A DNA stretch of 12,252 nt, taken from the NCBI GenBank assembly GCA_031425655.1, contig JANPJS010000300.1, forward strand, positions 1 to 12,252, in the 5' to 3' direction. The notes under the pieces were generated by a model. That model did not search any database and was not told the DNA's origin. It saw only the letters and a list, made by a program, of their open reading frames with translations. Both the position numbers and the translations under genes were made by a program. Origin of the DNA: Abditibacteriaceae bacterium (GTDB taxonomy: Bacteria; Armatimonadota; Abditibacteriia; Abditibacteriales; Abditibacteriaceae). Shown here piece after piece: positions 1-8,849 of the stretch; position 1 is the first letter of the stretch, and each line of letters starts with the position of its first letter.

Positions 1-1170
1 ACTCGCGTTGTTGCCGCCGATGCCGGAGGAATTCGACAGCGCGGTTTGCAGATGCGCTTTGCGCGCCGTGTTTGGGACGTAATCGAGGTCACAATCGGCG
101 TCGGGCGTTTGATAATTGATGGTTGGCGGCAGAGTTTGCTCAACGAGAGCCAACGTCGTCGCAATTGCTTCAAGCGCGCCCGCCGCGCCCATGGTGTGAC
201 TCGTCGCAGCTTTGATCGAAGACACCGGAATTTGCTTCGCGCGCTCGCCGAAAACCGCTTTGATGGCCTGCGTTTCCGCCAGATCGTTGTATTGCGTGCC
301 GGTTCCGTGCGCGTTGATGTAATCAATAGCGTCGGGCGCGATTTTGGCATCGCGCAACGCGGCTTGCATCACAGCGCGCAAGCCGGCGCCTTCTTTGTCG
401 GGCGCCGTTAAATGATACGCATTGTTGTTGACGGCCCAACCCAAAACCTCGGCGTAGACTTTGGCGTTGCGTTTTTGCGCGCTGCTCCACGTTTCCAGCA
501 CTAAAACCGCGCCGCCTTCGCCGAAAATCGTGCCGCTGCGCTCTTTGTCGAATGGCCGGCACAAAGTCGGCGAAATGGTGCGCAAAATCGAAAGCCCAGC
601 CAAAGAAGACAACCCCAGTCCATCGTGTCCGCCGGCTAAGGCAATATCGCAGCGGCCAACGCGCAGCCAATCGCAGGCAAGGCCGATGGCGTTGCCGCCA
701 CTGCTGCACGCGTTGGTTAAAGTCACGCGCGGGCCTTCGATGCCCAGTCGCGCGGCGGTGTAATCGGCGGCGTCTTCGAGCGTAAATTGGCGAAACAGCT
801 CGCTGTCCACGGCTTCGCCGGCTAAAGAAAGGTCGCAAACCATTTCCCACGAGGCGGCGCCGCCGAAGTTGGTGGAAAACACGATTCCGGCATTTTGCAA
901 ATCGGCATCGCCCAGATGCGCGTCGGCGACTGCTTCGTGCGCGGCGGCAAAAGCGAACTGCGAAGCTTCGTCGCAATCGCCTTCTTCGCCGAAGTGCGAC
1001 CAGTCGAAATCTTTGACTTCGCCCGCATCGGCGTTGCGAAGTCCGGTCGGGTCTAATTTGGTTAACGGGCCAACGCCGCTTTGTCCGGCCACCAGAGCGC
1101 GCCAGAAACTCGGCACGTCGTTGCCCAGAGGACTCACGCAGCCCAATCCCGTAATAACAATGCGTTCCAT
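1..1170 (-). CDS. Beta-ketoacyl-[ACP] synthase, FabF/KAS II-like (3' end truncated by the window edge)
   Basis: Manual translation from ATG at 1170 gives MERIVITGLGCVSPLGNDVPSFWRALVAGQSGVGP..., with catalytic Cys in TNACSSGGNAIG, CRPFDKERSGTIFGEGGAVLVLE, YINAHGTGT, SSIKAATSHTMGAAG, LPPTINY and ALSNSSGIGGNNAS at the edge. The frame stays open to position 1 with no stop, which is why it is missing from the ORF track. Confidence 0.95.
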   Translation of the reverse strand, partial: MERIVITGLGCVSPLGNDVPSFWRALVAGQSGVGPLTKLDPTGLRNADAGEVKDFDWSHFGEEGDCDEASQFAFAAAHEAVADAHLGDADLQNAGIVFSTNFGGAASWEMVCDLSLAGEAVDSELFRQFTLEDAADYTAARLGIEGPRVTLTNACSSGGNAIGLACDWLRVGRCDIALAGGHDGLGLSSLAGLSILRTISPTLCRPFDKERSGTIFGEGGAVLVLETWSSAQKRNAKVYAEVLGWAVNNNAYHLTAPDKEGAGLRAVMQAALRDAKIAPDAIDYINAHGTGTQYNDLAETQAIKAVFGERAKQIPVSSIKAATSHTMGAAGALEAIATTLALVEQTLPPTINYQTPDADCDLDYVPNTARKAHLQTALSNSSGIGGNNAS

Positions 1171-1195
1171 GTGCAAATTTTGACTCGCTGACGAG

Positions 1196-1220
1196 AATGA
1201 AGTCGCGTAATGAAGTCGCG
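1196..1220. repeat. 12-bp direct repeat AATGAAGTCGCG x2 in the divergent intergenic region
   Basis: Identical copies at 1196-1207 and 1209-1220. Confidence 0.8.
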
Positions 1221-1232
1221 GCGGCGCATTTT

Positions 1233-1263
1233 TGGCATAATGAGGCGCGTCACTTTTAAGGAG
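1233..1263 (+). promoter_or_regulatory. Putative extended -10 promoter (TGGCATAAT) and Shine-Dalgarno AAGGAG for the 1272 ORF
   Basis: TGgCATAAT at 1233-1241; AAGGAG at 1258-1263, 8 nt before the ATG at 1272. Confidence 0.5.
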
Positions 1264-1271
1264 ATTGTTCG

Positions 1272-2384
1272 ATGACCCGATTTATCCGGTGCCCGTTGGC
1301 GCCCTTGGCCCTTTTGCCGCTGATGGCCGTTTTGCCCGCAGGCGCGCAACTACTGCCGCGCCCCGAAGTTTTGCCGCAGCCTTCGGTGCCCACGACCGCC
1401 GCGCCGCTTTCGTTCGAGGAAATTTTCGCGGGCGTCAATCCGGCGCCTCTGTCGCTGAAAACCGCCGATCTCAAAGGCGAATGGCGGCTTATGACCATCA
1501 AAATGCGGCCTGAAGTCGAAAATGCCTCGTCCATGCCAGCCTCCGGCAACAGCACCGCCACTCTGCGCGAAACGATGGGCGCCGCGCCGGGCCAGTTCAT
1601 TACGCAGGGCCAAACCGTGGCCGGCGGCGGCGAATTGTTTTTAGTGGCCTATCGCATGAAGTTCGACCCCGCCGAAATGGATGAAGCCATGAAAACCAGC
1701 GTTCTCAGCAAAATAGAGCGCAACGGGCCGTTTCCGACCGCCGAACTGGGCGCCTTTTTGGAGTCGTATGCGCGCGAACGGCCTCTGGAATTGTCGCTCA
1801 TCAACGTGAAACTGCTGGGCGAATTAAGCGGCGTGCGCGCCTTCAACGCCGAATTGCAAAGCGGATCACTGCGCGCCTTGATGCAGAAAATCGGCGCCGA
1901 AGAAAACGCGCGCAACCCGTCGGCGTCTGCGCCGACTGCAACGCCAGTTGTCCCGCCAAAAACGCCCGGCGCCGTCGTCACGCCTGTGCCAAAACCGGCT
2001 GCGAATGTCGCCGCACGCAACGCGGCTTCGCAAAGCAACTTGAAGCAGTTAGGCGCGACTCTCAAGGCTTACGTCGAAGATCACGATAACGTGCTGCCGC
2101 CGATGGGAACGCCCGCGCAGGCCAAAGGCGCGCTGTCGAATTATGCCATTGGCAGAGGCATAAATATCTGGCAACGCGCCGACACCGGCGAAGCGTATCT
2201 TCCGAATCCGATGCTCTCAGGCCGCAAAATCGGGCATATTTCCAATCCGCAGGAGTTCGTGGCGTTTTACGAAGCGAACCCGGCGCCGGATGGCACGCGC
2301 GGCGTGGCTTTTCTCAATGGCGACGTGAAGCGTTTAACCCAAACCGAATGGCCTCGCGCCAAAAAAGCCTCGAAACTGCGCTAA
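1272..2384 (+). CDS. Secreted hypothetical protein with a C-terminal DUF1559/prepilin-associated (H-X9-DG-like) domain
   Basis: 370 aa ORF with a good SD and a Sec-type signal peptide (MTRFIRCPLAPLALLPLMAVLPAGA-Q). After a Pro/Ala/Thr linker come SQSNLKQLGATLKAYVEDHDNVLPPM and GTRGVAFLNGDVKRL, resembling the NLKQLG..Y..D and F.DGHVK motifs of DUF1559-type proteins. Recognised by eye, not by search. Confidence 0.75.
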   Translation: MTRFIRCPLAPLALLPLMAVLPAGAQLLPRPEVLPQPSVPTTAAPLSFEEIFAGVNPAPLSLKTADLKGEWRLMTIKMRPEVENASSMPASGNSTATLRETMGAAPGQFITQGQTVAGGGELFLVAYRMKFDPAEMDEAMKTSVLSKIERNGPFPTAELGAFLESYARERPLELSLINVKLLGELSGVRAFNAELQSGSLRALMQKIGAEENARNPSASAPTATPVVPPKTPGAVVTPVPKPAANVAARNAASQSNLKQLGATLKAYVEDHDNVLPPMGTPAQAKGALSNYAIGRGINIWQRADTGEAYLPNPMLSGRKIGHISNPQEFVAFYEANPAPDGTRGVAFLNGDVKRLTQTEWPRAKKASKLR

Positions 2385-2408
2385 AACCGAAAATTTACTG
2401 TCAAACGC

Positions 2409-2442
2409 AAAAAGGCCGGGAAACAAAGTTTCCCGGCCTTTT
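2409..2442. terminator. Bidirectional rho-independent terminator
   Basis: AAAAGGCCGGGAAAC-AAA-GTTTCCCGGCCTTTT is a perfect 15-bp stem with A and T tracts at its ends. It lies between convergent genes (stops at 2384 and 2456). Confidence 0.9.
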
Positions 2443-2455
2443 ATGCGTTCGACGA

Positions 2456-3202
2456 CTACTTGCCCTTCAAGCCGGCGCGGCGAAACTCGCGGTTCATCAG
2501 CGCGATGTTTTCTATCGAGATGTTTTTCGGACACACGGCTTCGCATTCGCCTTCGTTGGAGCAGTTGCCGAAACCTTCCTCATCCATCTGAATCACCATG
2601 CGCTGCACGCGAATACCGCGTTCGGGGTCGCCTTGCGGCAAGCGCGTCAGATGCGCGATTTTCGCGCTGGTGAACAATGCGGCACTGGCGTTTTTGCACT
2701 GCGCCACGCACGCGCCGCAGGCGATGCAAGCAGCGGCGTCCATCGCGCTGTCGGAATCGCTTTTTGGCACCAAAACGGCGTTGGCGTCCGGCGCGGCGCC
2801 GGTATTCACCGAAATATAGCCGCCCGACGCAATGATACGGTCGAAGGCGCCGCGATTTACCACTAAATCCTTGATAACGGGAAACGCTTTGGCGCGCCAC
2901 GGCTCAATGACGATGGTGTCACCATCTTTGAATCGCCGCATATGTAATTGGCAAACGCTGGTTCCAGCGTCGGGGCCGTGCGCCAAGCCGTTAATCATCA
3001 TGCCGCACGAGCCGCAAATGCCTTCGCGGCAGTCGTGATCGAACGCAATCGGCTCATCGTTCTGCTTGATGAGCGTTTCGTTCACGATGTCGAGCATTTC
3101 CAAAAACGACATTTCCGGCGAGATGTTTTGCGCCGCGTAATCTACGAAACGCCCGGCAGCTTTGGCATTTTCCTGCCGCCAGACGCGAAGTTTGAGATTC
3201 AT
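2456..3202 (-). CDS. sdhB: Succinate dehydrogenase/fumarate reductase iron-sulfur subunit
   Basis: Fe-S motifs [13 protein letters not shown]...[12 protein letters not shown] and [21 protein letters not shown]; downstream of the flavoprotein gene. Confidence 0.97.
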   Translation of the reverse strand: MNLKLRVWRQENAKAAGRFVDYAAQNISPEMSFLEMLDIVNETLIKQNDEPIAFDHDCREGICGSCGMMINGLAHGPDAGTSVCQLHMRRFKDGDTIVIEPWRAKAFPVIKDLVVNRGAFDRIIASGGYISVNTGAAPDANAVLVPKSDSDSAMDAAACIACGACVAQCKNASAALFTSAKIAHLTRLPQGDPERGIRVQRMVIQMDEEGFGNCSNEGECEAVCPKNISIENIALMNREFRRAGLKGK

Positions 3203-3215
3203 TGAATCGCCTTTT

Positions 3216-3293
3216 AACCGCCGATGAACGCTGATAAACGCAGATGACTTTGGATAGAAAACTATCTGCGTTTATCAGCGTTCATCGGCGGTT
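3216..3293. repeat. Perfect 30-bp inverted repeat built from 10-nt units (sdhA/sdhB junction)
   Basis: AACCGCCGAT GAACGCTGAT AAACGCAGAT (3216-3245), an 18-nt spacer, then the exact reverse complement at 3264-3293. Confidence 0.95.
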
Positions 3294-3298
3294 GATAA

Positions 3299-5212
<1,914 letters not shown>

Positions 5213-5231
5213 GCGATGAGCCTAAGTTTTA

Positions 5232-5370
5232 GATTAACCACAGAGATCACAAAGGACACAGAGATTTTCAAAGAGTTGAATGTCAAATGGGAAAATTGAA
5301 GCATTCTTTAGCTTATCCATCACTTACTCTTTGAAAATCTCTGTGTCCTCTGTGATCTCTGTGGTTAATC
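5232..5370. repeat. 45-bp inverted repeat (44/45 match) containing 9-nt units (sdhC/sdhA junction)
   Basis: Left arm 5232-5276 (GATTAAC CACAGAGAT CACAAAGGA CACAGAGAT TTTCAAAGAGT), right arm 5326-5370, 49-nt spacer; the single mismatch is A5252/C5350. Confidence 0.95.
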
Positions 5371-5374
5371 CGCT

Positions 5375-6148
5375 TTAACGAAAGAAGATGATGATCGGGA
5401 GCAAAATGAAGCCGCCCGCCACGACGAAAGTAAAGACGCGCGCTATAAACCAGATGCCTTTTTCCCAGCGCTTGCTGTTGACGCCCAGCGTTTGGCTGGC
5501 GCTGTAAATCGCGTGATTGAGGTGCAAACCCAAGGCGATCATGCAGAACACATAGAGTAAGACGATAATCGGGTTGTGGAATTCTTCGCTGACCAGACGA
5601 TATAAATCGCGCATTTGGTGCTGCGCTTCGGCGGGCGTGTCCGCTGTTGTAGCGGCGGCTCTGGTGATGCCCAAAGCCACGCCTGATAAGTCGGTTTTAT
5701 ATTCGTCGAGAGTCCAGAACTTGTTGAATTTCAAGTGCCCGACGTGTAAGAACAGAAACACCAAAATAATGATGCCGGTCACAATCATCGTGGTGCTGGA
5801 GGTGCTTTTGCGGCTGCGCGTGCTTTTGGCGCGCGTCCACTGCTGCACTTCGTAGCCTTGCGGACGCGCCGATTTATTGCCCAGATAGACGATGATGCCT
5901 TCGTAAGCGTGAATCAGGAAAATCGCCAAAAGTCCGATTTCCATCGTCCAGACAAGCGGCGGCCAAGTCATCAGAATATGCGCGTAATTATTGAAAGCCA
6001 CGCCGCCATTGCCGGCGCCGAAGAGCAAAAGCGTGTTGCCCAGCAAGTGCAAAACCAGGAATATGCACAACGCCAGGCCCGTAACCGACATGAGGATTTT
6101 TTTGGTGATTGAGACAAGCCCCGGCTTGCCTATCAGGGGATTCGCCAT
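5375..6148 (-). CDS. sdhC: Succinate dehydrogenase cytochrome b subunit (single membrane anchor, b558 family)
   Basis: About five hydrophobic helices; KKILMSVTGL...FLVLHLLGN, FLIHAY, FLFLHV and LGLHLNHA supply heme-ligand His candidates; first gene of the C-A-B operon. Confidence 0.93.
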   Translation of the reverse strand: MANPLIGKPGLVSITKKILMSVTGLALCIFLVLHLLGNTLLLFGAGNGGVAFNNYAHILMTWPPLVWTMEIGLLAIFLIHAYEGIIVYLGNKSARPQGYEVQQWTRAKSTRSRKSTSSTTMIVTGIIILVFLFLHVGHLKFNKFWTLDEYKTDLSGVALGITRAAATTADTPAEAQHQMRDLYRLVSEEFHNPIIVLLYVFCMIALGLHLNHAIYSASQTLGVNSKRWEKGIWFIARVFTFVVAGGFILLPIIIFFR

Positions 6149-6245
6149 AAGCTGAGTTGCTCCGTGCGCGCAAAATACAATGGAGGGTCGGATTTAACTT
6201 TACAGGCTCAGGACGGCGGCGTGTGTCCGGCGAACGGCTTATTTC

Positions 6246-6821
6246 CTAATCGCATTCATAAGGCGGCAGCAACTCCGGCGGCACATCGGCCAACATTGGC
6301 GCTAAACGGTCTTTTTCAGCCAAAGTCAAAGCGGCGAAATCAAAGCCTTGAAGCGGCCATTCAATGCCGATTTGCGCGTCGTTCCACGCGATGCCGAATT
6401 GGTCGTCGGGCTTGTAGAAATCGTCGCATTTGTAAAGGAAATCGGCGCTTTCTGAGAGAACAACGTAGCCGTGAGCGAAACCACGCGGCACGAAAATCTG
6501 CCGCTTGTTTTCTTCCGATAAAAGCGCACCGGCCCATTGCCCGAACGTCGGCGAGCCGTGCCGAATATCAACAGCCACATCGAAGACTTCGCCCTGCGTC
6601 ACGCGACATAATTTTGCCTGCGGCTGCGCCAATTGGTAATGCATCCCGCGCAGCGTGCCGCGCGCCGACCGCGCCTGATTATCCTGCACAAAGCGCGCGA
6701 CAATGCCCGCATCGGCAAATTTCTGCGCGTGATAGCTCTCGTAAAAATAACCGCGCGCGTCGGAAAACACTTTGGGTTCGACTAACACCACGCCGGGCAA
6801 ATTAGTTTGGATGATGTTCAT
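6246..6821 (-). CDS. rfbC: dTDP-4-dehydrorhamnose 3,5-epimerase
   Basis: VFSDARGYFYESY, FVQDNQARS, GTLRGMHYQ, QAKL, VFDVAVDIRHGSPTFGQW, FVPRGFAHG, FLYKCD and IGIEWP are classic RmlC motifs. Confidence 0.97.
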   Translation of the reverse strand: MNIIQTNLPGVVLVEPKVFSDARGYFYESYHAQKFADAGIVARFVQDNQARSARGTLRGMHYQLAQPQAKLCRVTQGEVFDVAVDIRHGSPTFGQWAGALLSEENKRQIFVPRGFAHGYVVLSESADFLYKCDDFYKPDDQFGIAWNDAQIGIEWPLQGFDFAALTLAEKDRLAPMLADVPPELLPPYECD

Positions 6822-6823
6822 AG

Positions 6824-6896
6824 GAGTTTTGAGTTTTGAGTTTTGAGTTTTGAGTTGAGGTGTTAACTCATAATTCAGAACTTAAAACTCAAAACT
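6824..6896. repeat. Heptamer tandem repeat (GAGTTTT)n with a degenerate inverted copy (argS/rfbC junction)
   Basis: GAGTTTT x4 plus GAGTT (6824-6856), an 8-nt spacer, then AACTCAT AATTCAG AACTTAA AACTCAA AACT (6865-6896); 28/32 complementary. Confidence 0.92.
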
Positions 6897-6901
6897 GTTG
6901 T

Positions 6902-8680
6902 TCACATTTGCTCGACGGTTTCGATGCCCAACAAATTCAGGCCGTGTTTGAGCACGCGCGCCGTCAGTTCGCACAAAGCGAGGCGACTTTCGCGCAGCGG
7001 CGATTCGCTTTTGAGAACCGGGCAGGCGTCGTAAAAGCTGGTGAATTTCTGTGACAACTCGAATAAATAGTCGCTGATGGCGTTGACGCGATAATCGCCA
7101 AGCGCAGTTTCAATCGCCAATGGGTAGCGCAGCAGAAACTTCACCAGTTCCTGCTCTGCCGGTTCTTGCAGAGTGAGTTTTTCCGGCAAATCGCCGATTG
7201 AGCCTTCGTTTTGCTCGCGGCGGAAAATTGATCGTGGGCGCACGTAAGCGTAAACCAGATACGCCGCCGAATTGCCTTGCAGCGCCAACATTTTATCCCA
7301 AGCAAAGGTGTAATCTGAGGTGCGATTTTGCGATAAATCGGCGTATTTAAGCGCGCCCATGCCGATAACGCGGCCTATTTCATCCAATTGCTCGGCAGTT
7401 AAATCCGAATTCTTTTCCGCCGCCTTCTCCGCCGCGATGATTCTTGCGCGCGACTGCGCTTCATCCAACAAATCGCTGAGTTTTGGCGGGTCGCCTTCGC
7501 GGGTTTTTAATGGCGTGCCGTCTTCGCCCAAAATCGTGCCGAAAGTGACGTGCTTGAAATCGGTTTCGCCGAAACCCCACAATTTCGCGGCTGCGAAAAG
7601 CTGCCGAAAATGATCGCTTTGCCGCGCGTCCACCACATAAACGATTTCATGCGGCTGCCACGTTTCGACGCGATATTGAATCGTGGCCAAGTCAGTCGTC
7701 GCGTAGAGAAACGAGCCGTCGGTTTTCTGCACCATCATCGGCTTATCGCGTAGATGAGGCGGCTCCTCGAACGGAATGATAGTCGCGCCCTGACTTTCAA
7801 TCGCCAGACCACGCGCCTTCAAATTTTCAACGACATCGGCCAAGCGTTCGTGATAAAAGCTCTCACCCAAAGTTTCATCAATGTGAATGCCCAAGCGGTC
7901 ATACATCGCATCCAATTCGACTTGCGAAGCATCGCGCAGCGTGCGCCAGATAGTCAGAGTTTCTTCGTCGCCGCGATGCAGTTTCGCGGTTTCCTCGCGC
8001 ACAGCGGCTAAGGTTTCAATGGCTTGCTGCGTCGGTTTGCCGTTGGCGCCCTTTTCGGTCGTCATGGTTTTTACGATTTTATAAACGCGGCCCATTTCTT
8101 CGAGCGCGTTTAATTGAAACGCGGCTTCGTCTTTAAAGCGCGTCCAGCCCCAGATGACCATGCCAATCGGCGTGCCCCAGTCGCCGATGTGGTTGTCGGC
8201 GATGACGCGGTGTCCGGCAAAACGCAGCAACCGCGCGATGGCATCGCCGATAAACGTGGTGCGAATATGCCCGACGTGCAGCGGTTTGGCGACATTCGGC
8301 GACGGATAATCCACGACAACGGTGCGCGGCTTTTCCGCCGACGGCACGCCCAATCGCTCGTCGGCTAAGACTTGCGCCGCCATTGTTTCCAAAAACTCGC
8401 GCGTCAAGCGAAAGTTGATGAAACCCGGCCCCGCGATGTCGGGCGCGTTGGCGATTCCCGCGACATCTAAGTTTTCGATGACGCCTTGCGCCAGTGCGCG
8501 CGGGTTCGATTTCAGCGATTTGGCAAGCGGCAGCGCGCCGTTAAATTGATAGTCGCCGAATTGCGCGTTGGCGCACGGCACGACTTGCAAAACATCGGGC
8601 GAAACCTGCGATAAATCTACGCCGGAAGCCGTCAGTGCAGCTTGGATTTTTTCTTGAAGAATTTGTTGAACGGTTTGCAT
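6902..8680 (-). CDS. argS: Arginine--tRNA ligase
   Basis: FGDYQ.N, GPGFINF, DYPSPNVAKPLHVGH (HIGH motif), NHIGDWG, YVVDARQSDHF, LKTREG (KMSKS equivalent) and GLNLLGI...EQM C-terminus; 592 aa. Confidence 0.98.
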   Translation of the reverse strand: MQTVQQILQEKIQAALTASGVDLSQVSPDVLQVVPCANAQFGDYQFNGALPLAKSLKSNPRALAQGVIENLDVAGIANAPDIAGPGFINFRLTREFLETMAAQVLADERLGVPSAEKPRTVVVDYPSPNVAKPLHVGHIRTTFIGDAIARLLRFAGHRVIADNHIGDWGTPIGMVIWGWTRFKDEAAFQLNALEEMGRVYKIVKTMTTEKGANGKPTQQAIETLAAVREETAKLHRGDEETLTIWRTLRDASQVELDAMYDRLGIHIDETLGESFYHERLADVVENLKARGLAIESQGATIIPFEEPPHLRDKPMMVQKTDGSFLYATTDLATIQYRVETWQPHEIVYVVDARQSDHFRQLFAAAKLWGFGETDFKHVTFGTILGEDGTPLKTREGDPPKLSDLLDEAQSRARIIAAEKAAEKNSDLTAEQLDEIGRVIGMGALKYADLSQNRTSDYTFAWDKMLALQGNSAAYLVYAYVRPRSIFRREQNEGSIGDLPEKLTLQEPAEQELVKFLLRYPLAIETALGDYRVNAISDYLFELSQKFTSFYDACPVLKSESPLRESRLALCELTARVLKHGLNLLGIETVEQM

Positions 8681-8681
8681 G

Positions 8682-8712
8682 AAAAAAGCGCCGCTTTCGC
8701 GCGGCGCTCCTT
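8682..8712 (-). promoter_or_regulatory. GC-rich hairpin with U-tract immediately upstream of the argS start
   Basis: The minus strand reads AAGG-AGCGCCGC-GCGAAA-GCGGCGCT-TTTTTC-ATG: a perfect 8-bp stem, extendable by wobble pairs to include AAGGAG. Function is unknown. Confidence 0.55.
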
Positions 8713-8849
8713 GAAATATAGCGCGTTCGCACGCCTAAATGTAGAGGCGCACTCAAAATTGTCCCCTTCGTGTCCCGCGCGACGCATCCTGCCGCTGCGT
8801 TGCTCTAAACTTAAATCGCCCGTTTTTGCCGTTGTCGAGGAATAAATTC

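Noticed and set aside
46..1183. Multiple ORF-track ORFs (46..411, 323..976, 461..763, 869..1183 etc.)
   Set aside because: These are shadow frames of the ketosynthase gene on the minus strand and show no recognisable motifs.
8681..8849. T-box riboswitch upstream of argS
   Set aside because: No GGTGGnACCGCG T-box consensus or stem I motifs are visible, and the region is short and shared with a divergent promoter.
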